From NCBI GenBank assembly GCA_019058445.1, contig JAHPZA010000006.1, positions 1,024,001-1,088,000 on the forward strand: a stretch of 64,000 nucleotides of DNA. The letters are read 5' to 3'. The notes below the pieces were generated by a model. It saw only the letters and a program-made list of their open reading frames with translations, made no database searches and had not been told where the DNA came from. A program made the translations under genes and the position numbers. Source of the DNA: Promethearchaeota archaeon (GTDB lineage Archaea > Asgardarchaeota > Lokiarchaeia > Sigyniarchaeales > SOKP01). Position 1 is the stretch's first letter. Each line of letters starts with the position of its first letter. Of this stretch, positions 49,438-59,155 are shown one piece after another.

Positions 49438-50040
49438 TTAAAAGAATTCTAATTCCAATTCTTTTACTATTTTAATATTATATATTTTTTCTAAATAATA
49501 TTGAGCTTCCTCTCTACTTACATAATGATGTTTTGGAATTTTAGAGCGTTGCTTTCTCCTATATCTCACCCTCATTCCGGGTCGTACAAGTCTCCCCATA
49601 ATATCGAGCCCCCAGAGACCTGTCTGGGCGTCATACTCAACACCAGGTATGGAAATGTGTTCTGTAATTCCAAAACCGAAATTACCATAATTATCAAAAC
49701 TTTTTCTTAAAATTTTATTATTATTAACAATTATTAACCTTTTTAGCAATTTTTCTGCGTCCTTTCCTCTTACTGTTACTTTACAGCCAATAGGTCTTCC
49801 CTTCCTTAAATTAAATTCTTTAACATTCTTTTTTGATATGGTTTTTACAGGCATTTTTCCCGAGATCGTTTCGAGAACCGCAACTGCTCTTTCTAATTCT
49901 TCTCCACCAGCTCCTACGCCTATATTGAGTACCATTTTCTCTAAAAATGGTTTCCTCATAGGATTTTCCCAGATTTTATCGAATGCGTTTGCTTGAGCCT
50001 TTTTAGCTTTTTTAGTTTTGGCTGACATTGTATATCTCAC
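49438..50040 (-). CDS. rpl5: 50S ribosomal protein uL5
   Basis: NPMRKP..EK..LNIGVG, IGCKVTVRG, FDNYGNFGFGI.EHI; likely start ATG 50028. Confidence 0.97.
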   Translation of the reverse strand: MRYTMSAKTKKAKKAQANAFDKIWENPMRKPFLEKMVLNIGVGAGGEELERAVAVLETISGKMPVKTISKKNVKEFNLRKGRPIGCKVTVRGKDAEKLLKRLIIVNNNKILRKSFDNYGNFGFGITEHISIPGVEYDAQTGLWGLDIMGRLVRPGMRVRYRRKQRSKIPKHHYVSREEAQYYLEKIYNIKIVKELELEFF

Positions 50041-50058
50041 GTTATTTTTTTTTATTTT

Positions 50059-50814
50059 TTAAGCCCCCACTTTTGGTAAGCTAATTTCAGATTGATCTTC
50101 ACCTAGGACAAAAGTATAATCATACAAGGTTTCGGTATGTTCTCCATCATGTTCAATGGATACAGTATTAGCATTAGGACCAAACAGTTTTTTTATACTT
50201 TTGATGGTGCCTACTTGTCCGATATTTTTACCAGACATAATAATCGCTAAATTATTTTCTTTAAATTTTAAGGTTTTAAGGATTTCTTGTTCTGGAACGG
50301 AGATTTTTAAGACATCCATTCTTTTATAAATATCTTCTTTAGGATTCTTTGGATCAGCTATGCGAATTAAGATATTTCTTCCATCATGTAAATTTAATTG
50401 CAAATGCCCCCCCTTTACAGTAGTTTTTTGTCTTATTCTACATAACTTGAAAGTGCTCTCTGATTCAGGTATTTCGTGGAGAATTAACCCGTAATGAGAG
50501 TCTGGGAGTAATCGATAATTTCTATTAATCTTTTCAATACTTAACACATCCATTAATCCAACTGGATACGCTTTATCTCTTACAATCTTTCCGTCAACTT
50601 TGAAATAACCTAAGCCTATTAATTTTTTTGCTTCTCTATGATTGTCAGCAAAATTAAGAAGATCTCGAACAATATGTAATAAAGGTAAACAGTCTCTTGA
50701 TGGATGAGGTCCTGATGAAGTTTTCACGAAGAATTTCCCATGCTTTCTTTTAATTTGTAAGAATTTAGGGGTATTTAATCGTTTTAAAGTCTTTTTTCCT
50801 CCATGGCTTGTCAT
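50059..50814 (-). CDS. rps4e: 30S ribosomal protein S4e
   Basis: LKRLNTP, GPH...CLPL...RDLL, PVGLMDV, QLNLHDGRN. Confidence 0.97.
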   Translation of the reverse strand: MTSHGGKKTLKRLNTPKFLQIKRKHGKFFVKTSSGPHPSRDCLPLLHIVRDLLNFADNHREAKKLIGLGYFKVDGKIVRDKAYPVGLMDVLSIEKINRNYRLLPDSHYGLILHEIPESESTFKLCRIRQKTTVKGGHLQLNLHDGRNILIRIADPKNPKEDIYKRMDVLKISVPEQEILKTLKFKENNLAIIMSGKNIGQVGTIKSIKKLFGPNANTVSIEHDGEHTETLYDYTFVLGEDQSEISLPKVGA

Positions 50815-51267
50815 TTATTCTTCCTCCTCCTCCTCTAATTTTTGTTTTGTTTTTTTCGGAGCCAGCAGATAATCCTCATCCCAATATCCCGCTTTTCGTT
50901 CTATCATACTAGCTCTCCAACCATCCATTTTCTTCGCTTCAGCTTTAAACTTAGTTATAATAAGATTTGAGATATGAATAGTGGGGTGAAATTGTGTTCC
51001 ATCGGTTTTTTCAAATACCGCTTCCTTTACTTTAACCCGTAAATCTTTATTAATTTCTAATACTTCCCCTTCGAAATCTTTGTATTCTCCTTTACAAATT
51101 TTCACCGAATCGCCTGCTCTAAGAGGGATCCTTTTGATTCCATACTCATCTGAAAGGAAATCAGCTAGTCTACAGGTCAATAATTTTGATCTGTGATGAT
51201 TTTTGTAATTAAAAAGTGCTTTTCTCTGCTTGTTTGGTTTTCTTGATTTAATTTTCATATTGGTCAC
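50815..51267 (-). CDS. rpl24: 50S ribosomal protein uL24
   Basis: S.KP.KQRK, PLRAGDSVKI..GEYK, IHISNL; likely start ATG 51258. Confidence 0.96.
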   Translation of the reverse strand: MTNMKIKSRKPNKQRKALFNYKNHHRSKLLTCRLADFLSDEYGIKRIPLRAGDSVKICKGEYKDFEGEVLEINKDLRVKVKEAVFEKTDGTQFHPTIHISNLIITKFKAEAKKMDGWRASMIERKAGYWDEDYLLAPKKTKQKLEEEEEE

Positions 51268-51282
51268 TTTTTTAACATTTTA

Positions 51283-51708
51283 TTAAATTATAAGAGATGA
51301 GATGGAAGCTAATCTGGGAAATTGTTCTGCTGCTTCTCTTGCTATCGGTCCTCTAATTTCAGTACCTCTAGGATCCCCTTCCTTGGATACTAATACGCCC
51401 GCGTTATCTTCGAAGCATAAACGCGTTCCATCTTTTCTTCTAAATATCATTTTCTGTCGTACAATTACACATTTTAATATATTTCCTCTAAGTTCTGGTC
51501 TCCCTTTTTTAATGGTAACTGTACATACGTCACCTACGGAAGCTTTAGGTAACCTTCTTAACCGGGTCTTACTATGATCAACATTTATAATTTGCGCAAT
51601 TTTTGCTCCAGAATTATCTGTGATAAGCACTTTTGAACCGTTACATAATCCCGCGCTGGTTCGCGGCTTGGCCATTTTTTTTCTGCCTGATTTTCTTCGT
51701 GTTCCCAC
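51283..51708 (-). CDS. rpl14: 50S ribosomal protein uL14
   Basis: DNSGAK, VGD, KKGRPELR, FEDNAGV, GTEIRGP.AREAA. Confidence 0.97.
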   Translation of the reverse strand: MGTRRKSGRKKMAKPRTSAGLCNGSKVLITDNSGAKIAQIINVDHSKTRLRRLPKASVGDVCTVTIKKGRPELRGNILKCVIVRQKMIFRRKDGTRLCFEDNAGVLVSKEGDPRGTEIRGPIAREAAEQFPRLASISSLII

Positions 51709-52065
51709 TTAACTCTCCCCAGTGACTATTTTTTGTAATACAATAAATGCTTTTGTTTTCGAGATTTTTCTGCTCTCACCAACACGTACTAAATCTCCGA
51801 TTTCTATTTCTGATCTTAAGCATTCGGGTAAATGACATGAAAGTCGTGAATTTCTTCTTTCATATCTTTGATACTTTTTGACAAATTGTACGTAATCACG
51901 TCTAATTATAACTGTATTTCGGGACTTTTTAGAGACTACCACCCCTTGGGTAATTTTTCCTCTAATTCTTGTTGTCCCATGAAACGGACAAAAATTATCA
52001 TTACATTCTTTCATTTTAGGAGCTGTTACTCCAGGCACACCAATGTTCCTACTCATTTCAACCAT
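51709..52065 (-). CDS. rps17: 30S ribosomal protein uS17
   Basis: C.D..CPFHG..RIRG, KYQRYERR, ESRKISKTK. Confidence 0.97.
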   Translation of the reverse strand: MVEMSRNIGVPGVTAPKMKECNDNFCPFHGTTRIRGKITQGVVVSKKSRNTVIIRRDYVQFVKKYQRYERRNSRLSCHLPECLRSEIEIGDLVRVGESRKISKTKAFIVLQKIVTGES

Positions 52066-52367
52066 CTTCTTTTTCTTAAATTTCTTAGTCTATTTTCGGG
52101 ACGACCAACAATTTTAGCCCCCTCTACTTCCACCATATATTCTTCACGCTGATTCTTTTCACTTGGAAGTTTAATCCTAAATATATGGTCTTTTTTGACA
52201 TATTTTTTAGTAATTTTATTTTTTTCAGTAATTAACATATTTTTTGTATCGTCAATAATCATTCCTATATCTTTATACACTTCATTCTGCTTCTTCGATA
52301 TAAGTATCGCATAAGCATTAAAACCAATTAAATCGTGATATATTAAATATTTGGGATTTGCCTTCAT
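52053..52367 (-). CDS. rnp1: Ribonuclease P protein component 1 (Rpp29/Pop4)
   Basis: HDLIG, G.IIDDTKNML, G.KIVGRPENR; canonical position between L29 and S17. Confidence 0.93.
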   Translation of the reverse strand: MKANPKYLIYHDLIGFNAYAILISKKQNEVYKDIGMIIDDTKNMLITEKNKITKKYVKKDHIFRIKLPSEKNQREEYMVEVEGAKIVGRPENRLRNLRKRRWLK

Positions 52368-52600
52368 TCTTCTTCTTCATACCATCCTTCTTCTATTTTT
52401 TGTAATTTTTCTTCTCTTCTAACGGTCAAAATTCTAGCTATTTGCTTTCTTAACATTTTTGCTTTGGCAGGATTATCAGAAACTCCACCACCCGTCTGGG
52501 TAGAATATAATATCATCAATTCTTCTCTTAAATCAACTAATGCTCTTTGCCTTTCTCTCTCATCCATTTGTCGGATTTGCTCAGCAGTAATAATTTTCAT
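52364..52600 (-). CDS. rpl29: 50S ribosomal protein uL29
   Basis: IRQM....R...L..LREEL, NP.K...LRKQIARILT. Confidence 0.95.
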   Translation of the reverse strand: MKIITAEQIRQMDERERQRALVDLREELMILYSTQTGGGVSDNPAKAKMLRKQIARILTVRREEKLQKIEEGWYEEEE

Positions 52601-52632
52601 TTATTTCACCTTTTAAAAAGTTATTATTCTTC

Positions 52633-53406
52633 TTACTTTTCCTCTTCTTCTGACTCTATAGAGATTTCTTCCACTTCCTCTTCGTCCACTTCATCGATTA
52701 TTTCTTGAACTTCTTCATCAATTTCCCCTTCTATTACCTCTTCTTCAACATCCAATCTACTTCGGTTCTTGCCAAGTTTTATCTCAATTTCTTTTTGTAC
52801 TTTTTTTAACTCGTCCATTTTAATTTCAACACCGTCTCCTGTTTTAAAATCAGCACGCATAATTTTGACCACTACTCCTAGTACACCGCTTTTTTGAATA
52901 CATTGAGCTACCCCTTTATCGACAGCTTCTTGGGCAGGTTGTCCACTTTTTTTCATTGTTCCTGCCCGAAAAATTTGGGTTCTTGCTCTTTGAGAGGTTA
53001 CCTTACCTGAAACCTTAATCTCAACTCCTTTTGCCCCCGCATCCATTACTTTCCTTAAAATATAATATCCTGCTCTTCGATAATGTCTTCCTCGATCTAA
53101 ACTGTAGGCTAATCTCTCCGCCATTATTTGAGCATCTAAATCGGGTTGTTCTACTTCTTCCACTTCGATTTGAGGCATTTCTAAACCAAATCGCTGTTCT
53201 AGAACATCGGTAATTTCTTGAATCCTTTTTCCACCCTTTCCAATAACGAGTCCTGGACGGCTTGTTTTAAGCGTAATCCTAACTCCTAATGGAGTTTTCT
53301 GTAAATCAACTCCCGCAAATCCTGCTCTTACTAGTTCTGAGCGTAAATACTCATTAATTTGCATTAACTTTATTCCTTGTTCAATAAAATGCTTTGATAA
53401 TGGCAA
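52633..53406 (-). CDS. rps3: 30S ribosomal protein uS3 with acidic C-terminal tail
   Basis: RAGFAG, TPLG, RPGLVIGKGG, AGAKGVEI.VSGK; TTG start. Confidence 0.97.
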   Translation of the reverse strand: MPLSKHFIEQGIKLMQINEYLRSELVRAGFAGVDLQKTPLGVRITLKTSRPGLVIGKGGKRIQEITDVLEQRFGLEMPQIEVEEVEQPDLDAQIMAERLAYSLDRGRHYRRAGYYILRKVMDAGAKGVEIKVSGKVTSQRARTQIFRAGTMKKSGQPAQEAVDKGVAQCIQKSGVLGVVVKIMRADFKTGDGVEIKMDELKKVQKEIEIKLGKNRSRLDVEEEVIEGEIDEEVQEIIDEVDEEEVEEISIESEEEEK

Positions 53407-53459
53407 GTTTTTCTCAATTTCTTTAAATTATTTTAATATTTTATAATCATTAATTAAAT

Positions 53460-53939
53460 TTATCCAGGGATTTCATATATTACAAGTTCTACATGTGAAA
53501 GATGTTTATATTTTGCTGAAGATCGACCATGCGCACGCTCTATATAGCGTTTTATAATCCTTCCTCTATGCGCCGCAGCGTGAATAATTCGACATAAATC
53601 CACATCTAAACCTTTATATTCGGCGTTAGATTCTACAGCCGTAAGGACTTCGTAAATTCTTGCGCAAGTTTTTATAGGATATCTCCCAGCGTACCATTTA
53701 AATTCTTTTAAGTCTTTCCTGTGAGCTTGTTTCTTTTTATGACGCCTAAACGGAACCGATCGCTTTAATTGAATTACATCTTCTAAAAATGTTTTCGCTT
53801 GATAGACTCTCATTCCCTTAATAGTTGCACAGATTTCTCTTGCATGTTTGGGTTTGATTCGTAAATCTCTTCCAGATGCCTTAGCGATTCTATCTGTATC
53901 ATATTTTTGTTCTTGAAAACTATAATCCCATGTAGGCAT
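53460..53939 (-). CDS. rpl22: 50S ribosomal protein uL22
   Basis: KHAREIC..IKGM, VPFRR, GRYP.K, NAEYKGLD, RAHGRSS. Confidence 0.97.
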   Translation of the reverse strand: MPTWDYSFQEQKYDTDRIAKASGRDLRIKPKHAREICATIKGMRVYQAKTFLEDVIQLKRSVPFRRHKKKQAHRKDLKEFKWYAGRYPIKTCARIYEVLTAVESNAEYKGLDVDLCRIIHAAAHRGRIIKRYIERAHGRSSAKYKHLSHVELVIYEIPG

Positions 53940-53972
53940 AAATGTTCATCTCTCTTAATAGTATAATTATTA

Positions 53973-54479
53973 TCATTTTAATGGAACATATTTAGAACTT
54001 CTAGTGGCTCCAATTCCGGGCGAACCATGTTGTACATGCTTTCGAGTTAAGGAAAATTCTCCTAAATAATGACCAATCATTTCAGGTTTTATATCAACAG
54101 TTTCGAACTTTAATCCGTTATATACTCCGATTTTTAATCCCACCATTTCTGGAAAAATGATCATATCTCTCACATGAGTTCGGGTGAGGAGATCTTTTCC
54201 TCTTTTTTTTGCTCGATATGCTCTTCTTAATCGTTCTAGTAGTTTTTTTTGGCGAGGTGGAAGACCACGTTTGAGGGAACGCCTAGCTCTTGCGGGAAGT
54301 AATTGAATAAATTGATCCATGTTCATTTTTTTCAGCTCGTCTAGCGTAAAGCCTCGATAATGAAATCTAAGACGGTCTAACTCTGCTTCTGTATCTAATT
54401 CATCTTCTTCTTCTTCAGAGATTTCTTCTTCTTCCAATTCCTCTGATTCTTCTCCATCAAATTCTTCATTAGGAGCCAT
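53973..54479 (-). CDS. rps19: 30S ribosomal protein uS19 with acidic N-terminal extension
   Basis: [50 protein letters not shown]. Confidence 0.97.
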   Translation of the reverse strand: MAPNEEFDGEESEELEEEEISEEEEDELDTEAELDRLRFHYRGFTLDELKKMNMDQFIQLLPARARRSLKRGLPPRQKKLLERLRRAYRAKKRGKDLLTRTHVRDMIIFPEMVGLKIGVYNGLKFETVDIKPEMIGHYLGEFSLTRKHVQHGSPGIGATRSSKYVPLK

Positions 54480-54711
54480 TTTTCATCAATCTACTTGTTC
54501 CTTTTATTAAAATCCGTATATAATTTATAGTTTAATTATTACGTGTAAGGTTTTTAGTATTGCTTAATTTTTTAACTTTATTAAATAGAGTTATAAATTT
54601 ACAAAGAACGTAAGTAAAAAGCATAAAATTTAAAAAGGAATAAGTTAAGTTTGAAAGAAACGCAATTTTTATCGTTTATTTTGGCTATCTTCATTTGAAA
54701 GAGCTTTTCAC

Positions 54712-55383
54712 TCAAGTATAGTTATTGGGATTAAACACCCTTTTAATATCTTCCTCGTCAAAATATCCACTCCATTGCTCCTTTAAAATTACAAATTTGT
54801 CTACATTTGGGTTAATTACAGAATGAAAAGTATTAATAGGAATTTCAAACTTGGAATTATTCTCTACAAAATAGTGAACTATATCACCATTAATTATTAT
54901 CGGTTTTCCTTCAAGAATTTCCCAGAATTCGTTTCTATGGTTATGTGTTTGAAGTGAAATACCTAATTGGGGTCTCACAAAAATAATATTATAATCTTTA
55001 TACGTAAATTTAAAGCTATACCACTTTGGTAATATATCGATATAATCTTCGGGAACTTGATATATTTGTTTTAAATAATCAGGAGTATAATTTTTTTTTT
55101 CTACTTTTTCAAATTTATATGGATCATAGATAATTTCATGATTCGAAATATCTAAACTGTACCTTACTTCAACCGTTTCATTGCTGTTGTTTATGAGCAT
55201 ATAATAGTCATTTGGTTGTATAATTATTCCCGCTGAGAATAGATCAGTTGTCATCAGTTTCTTGCCATTGATTACAAATAGATCAGGGGATCTAGTGTGA
55301 TTAATGGATAATTGCAATTCTAATGAACCATTTTTTCGCAGACAAGTTCCTCGTTTGCTAAAAATTGCTTCTTTTCGCTTCAT
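54712..55383 (-). CDS. Cupin protein (mannose-6-phosphate isomerase type II C-terminal-like)
   Basis: ISLQTHNHRNEFW.ILEG, IP....H, E...G.FDEEDI.R motifs. Confidence 0.8.
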   Translation of the reverse strand: MKRKEAIFSKRGTCLRKNGSLELQLSINHTRSPDLFVINGKKLMTTDLFSAGIIIQPNDYYMLINNSNETVEVRYSLDISNHEIIYDPYKFEKVEKKNYTPDYLKQIYQVPEDYIDILPKWYSFKFTYKDYNIIFVRPQLGISLQTHNHRNEFWEILEGKPIIINGDIVHYFVENNSKFEIPINTFHSVINPNVDKFVILKEQWSGYFDEEDIKRVFNPNNYT

Positions 55384-56372
55384 GATAATTTTTTTACCCT
55401 TAACTTCTGATTTATTTTTTTAAATTGTTCTTCAATTTCTTCGGCAAAGGGCATTGAAGCCTGGGCTCCTTTTCGAGTCACAGCTATGGAAGCAGCCGCA
55501 GTAGCATATTTAACCGCATTTATGATGGATTCACCATTACTTAATTTACTAGCTAAAACACCATTGAAACAATCCCCCGCTCCTACTGTATCTATAGCCT
55601 TTACCTTGACTGCGGGTACTCCAATGACCTCTTCATTTTCTCTGTCATAAATAAGACAGCCCTCACTACCTAATGTAGTAATAACGAAGTTTATTCCTAA
55701 CTCTGCGATAGCTTTCGAAGTTTGGATGATTTTGTTTTTCCCGTCAGATTTTACTTCGGGGAGATTTAAGAGGGTATACAGACGAATTAATTCACCTTCA
55801 TTTGGAATTAATATATCAATATTTTTTAAAACATTTACAGGAATAGCTTTTAAGGGTGCGGGATTTAGAATTTTAATTACATCGCCTTCGGAAGCAATTC
55901 TAAGTAGTTCCTCAATTGTATCAATCGGAATTTCCATCTGCACCACTAAAGAAGATGCATTTTTGATAATATCAGCATATTTGATTATATCTGATTTGTC
56001 TAAATGAAAATTAGCCCCAGGTGCTACACTTATCATGTTTTCACCGCTTTCATCAATCATAATAAATGCAACTCCGCTGGCGTGTTGAGAATCCCTAATT
56101 ATATAACTTATATCGATACCTTCTGAACTTAATTGAGAGATCATCTGCTCTCCAAATGCATCGGTTCCGATTTTTCCTATAAAAACAGTATTCGCACCCG
56201 AGCGCGTTGAAGCAACCGCTTGGTTTGCTCCTTTGCCACCCAAAAATTGCTGAAAGGTTCCACCGGTAACCGTCTCTCCTGGTTTAGGGAGCCTTTGGGA
56301 ATAGATATTTAAGTCCATATTACTAGATCCGATAATTAGAACATATTTTTGGTTATTCTCCTTTTTACTCAT
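55380..56372 (-). CDS. rbsK: Ribokinase (PfkB family)
   Basis: GSSNMDL, GGKGANQAVA, QMEIP, NPAP, PNEGE, DTVGAGDCFNG; likely start ATG 56372 (ORF track 56408). Confidence 0.95.
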   Translation of the reverse strand: MSKKENNQKYVLIIGSSNMDLNIYSQRLPKPGETVTGGTFQQFLGGKGANQAVASTRSGANTVFIGKIGTDAFGEQMISQLSSEGIDISYIIRDSQHASGVAFIMIDESGENMISVAPGANFHLDKSDIIKYADIIKNASSLVVQMEIPIDTIEELLRIASEGDVIKILNPAPLKAIPVNVLKNIDILIPNEGELIRLYTLLNLPEVKSDGKNKIIQTSKAIAELGINFVITTLGSEGCLIYDRENEEVIGVPAVKVKAIDTVGAGDCFNGVLASKLSNGESIINAVKYATAAASIAVTRKGAQASMPFAEEIEEQFKKINQKLRVKKLS

Positions 56373-56397
56373 AATATTCTTACCTTGAGTTATTTTT

Positions 56398-56850
56398 TTA
56401 ATTTTCAAATTCTATTCCTAATAATACATATTCTTCATTAAAACCAGCCTTTATATAGAAATTTTGAGCTCTAACATTTGATACTTCTGTTCCAACCTCA
56501 ATCTCATCCATTCCCCTCGTTTTTGCTAATTGGATCGCTTGTTTAATCAAACTTTTACCAATTCCTTTATTTCTGTGACTTTCAGCTACAATTAATTCAT
56601 TTATTAAAGCAGTGCCTCCTTTATGAAGAAAAGTTTTATAAAACACCATAGAGATAAATCCAACCATTTTATTTTCTTCTAAAGCAACATAATTTGTATA
56701 AATTTCGGGATACTTACTAACACCTGTATATGTAGAATTTATAATTTTTTCATTAATTTCATGTTTATGTTCTAATGCGTTATGTAAGTCGTCTAACAGA
56801 TTTCTCAATGATGGTAAATCTTCCTTTCTAAGATCCCTTAGTGTTATCAT
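56398..56850 (-). CDS. GNAT family N-acetyltransferase
   Basis: INELIVAESHRNKGIGKSL; N.RAQNFY.KAGF. Confidence 0.9.
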   Translation of the reverse strand: MITLRDLRKEDLPSLRNLLDDLHNALEHKHEINEKIINSTYTGVSKYPEIYTNYVALEENKMVGFISMVFYKTFLHKGGTALINELIVAESHRNKGIGKSLIKQAIQLAKTRGMDEIEVGTEVSNVRAQNFYIKAGFNEEYVLLGIEFEN

Positions 56851-57036
56851 ATAAGTTTACCTTTTCTCATAATTTTGTAATGGTCTAAGAATACGAAATC
56901 GCTAATATTATTTATACATATTATTGAATTTCATAATAATTTATTCTTAAAAGTTCATATTTATGAGATTGAATGGTTATAAGGGAAAAAAAGGGAAAAT
57001 AAGAAAAAAAATTAATAATTTATATTAGGAAATCTT

Positions 57037-57390
57037 CTAATCGTTTTCAGCAGCTTCTTCAGCAGCCAATTCTTCCTCAAGTTCTTCTAGCGGCACAGGC
57101 GCAGGAGTAGTGAGCATACTATACCCGATCCATATGGCTATAATGCTAATTAAAATTACAAGCAACCAAAGAGGTAAAACTACAAACAATCTCCAGTTGA
57201 AAATATCAATTCCACCAAATAAACCGGTGATAAATCCAACTTCGAAACCTCCAGTCTTACCGCCTAAAGTTTCCATATATAAATCGACTACTGAACCTAA
57301 GGTATAGACGATAGCGATTATAACGCCAACTATCATAATCAAGAAGCCAATTATCTTATCTTTTGCGATATAGATCACCTTTTTGAACAA
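57037..57390 (-). CDS. Small two-TM archaeal membrane protein with acidic tail (DPM2-like pattern); possible ATC start at 57369
   Basis: KDKIIG.LI...VY..., W.GYSMLTTPAPVPLEELEEE. Confidence 0.7.
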   Translation of the reverse strand: MFKKVIYIAKDKIIGFLIMIVGVIIAIVYTLGSVVDLYMETLGGKTGGFEVGFITGLFGGIDIFNWRLFVVLPLWLLVILISIIAIWIGYSMLTTPAPVPLEELEEELAAEEAAEND

Positions 57391-57589
57391 TATATTTTTA
57401 GTTTTTGATTATTTTTTATGTTTTATTAGATTAATGCTATTTTTTTTGTAGCACTTATATTAAAATTTAAAATATGTTAAAATTAAAACCATTTCATTTT
57501 CACTAGATAACTTGGTAATAAAAATCAAAATTAGTGATTAAAAACATTGATTAGAATCTAATTCTTTAAAAGAATTAAAAAAATATTAG

Positions 57590-58516
57590 TTAAAGATGTG
57601 TATTTAACCAATCAATTACATCGTTAAATACTTCATCTCTATTAATTTCATTAAAAACTTCATGACGGGCGCCCTCGTAAAATTTATATGTGACATCTTT
57701 AATGCCATAGGTTTTATAACGCTCAACCAATTTTAAAAGATTTTTGGTCATTTCATTTGAGGGATCATCAGAGCCAGAGATTAAGTAAATCGGTAATTCT
57801 AGGGGTATCTTTCGCTCATTTTCTTCTTTCCAAATTTTTATTAATCCTGATATTAATTCATCAAAAAGACTTGATGTCGAGATAAACCCGCAGTAAGGAT
57901 CTTTTACATATTTATTCACTTCGTCTTGGTCGCGACTAAGCCATTGAAATTTTGTCGGTGCTGGCTCATAGGGCTTATTAAATGTACCAAATGTTAACTG
58001 ATCAAGTTTCTCATTACGTTTCATGGGACCGAATTTTTTAATTTCTTTTTCTATTATAGTTTTTCCTAACTTAAGAAGGGTTTCGTCCATATAACCATTT
58101 GTTCCGCTAAGAATTACTCCTTTTAACTCATTTCCCCATTGTTGGATATAATCTTGAGCCATTAACGATCCCCAACTATGTCCAAGAAAGAAAATTGAAA
58201 GATTTGGATGTTCTTTTTTGATAAGATCGGTTAAGACTTTTTGAGCCCTCACTGTACTCTCCCATCCTCCGGGACCAAGATATCCCGTATTTTCTAAGTT
58301 TCCAGCTGTTTTCCCATGTCCTCTATGATCATCAGCATAACAAATATAACCCGCTGAGGTTAATGCTTCTGCCACTCTTTCATATCTAGCCGCATGTTCG
58401 GCCAATCCATGCGAAATTTGTATAGCAGCTTTGATTGGATCTGAGTCCGGAGCCCATTTGTAGACGAAAATTTCGATTCCATCTTGATCTTTATAGGTAA
58501 ATGTCATAATTTTCAT
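57590..58516 (-). CDS. Alpha/beta hydrolase (lysophospholipase/monoacylglycerol lipase family)
   Basis: HGLAEHAARY, DHRGHG, GHSWGS nucleophile, WLSRD, RHEVFNE. Confidence 0.93.
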   Translation of the reverse strand: MKIMTFTYKDQDGIEIFVYKWAPDSDPIKAAIQISHGLAEHAARYERVAEALTSAGYICYADDHRGHGKTAGNLENTGYLGPGGWESTVRAQKVLTDLIKKEHPNLSIFFLGHSWGSLMAQDYIQQWGNELKGVILSGTNGYMDETLLKLGKTIIEKEIKKFGPMKRNEKLDQLTFGTFNKPYEPAPTKFQWLSRDQDEVNKYVKDPYCGFISTSSLFDELISGLIKIWKEENERKIPLELPIYLISGSDDPSNEMTKNLLKLVERYKTYGIKDVTYKFYEGARHEVFNEINRDEVFNDVIDWLNTHL

Positions 58517-58799
58517 AACATATTAGAATTTAGAGAGATTATAAAAATTTTCTTAATTAGAATCAAATTTTTACTTTTATATTATGTTTCTTTTCCTTAA
58601 TATTCAAGATTTTTTTTACTAAAGAGTATTAAAACATTTGCGTTATTTTTAGAAATAAGACACATAAGGGATCTTTTTTGGAATAAAAAAGAAGTTTTTA
58701 TTTTTTCTATAATTTTTTAAAAATAGAATATTTAAAATTATTATATATTCTTAAATTCAGTAAATAATTATTAAAAAAACAAAAAAGAGATAAATTATC

Positions 58800-58997
58800 A
58801 TGTCATTTGGAATCGAAATCGATATGGATGCGTGCACTGGCTGTGGCACTTGCTACGAAGTATGTCCAAGCGAATGCTTTGATGAGCCAGAGGGTGGAAA
58901 GGTCAAAATTAATGAAGATAACAGGCCTGATTGCGTAGGATGTAGAGCATGCGAGACGCAATGCCCCGAAGAGGCAATTACCATAATAGAAGAGTAA
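58800..58997 (+). CDS. 2[4Fe-4S] ferredoxin
   Basis: CTGCGTCYEVCP and CVGCRACETQCP. Confidence 0.95.
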   Translation: MSFGIEIDMDACTGCGTCYEVCPSECFDEPEGGKVKINEDNRPDCVGCRACETQCPEEAITIIEE

Positions 58998-59155
58998 ATA
59001 TCGCTGAGCTCCTTATAGAATATTTAACCAATCTTAGAAGAAGTAATTTTATAATACTTTTTTTTATTTTTAATTTGCCTTCTAATATTAAAATATATTT
59101 CATTTTGAAATTTAAAATAATAAAATTGAAAAAATTTAACTAAATTATTAATATT

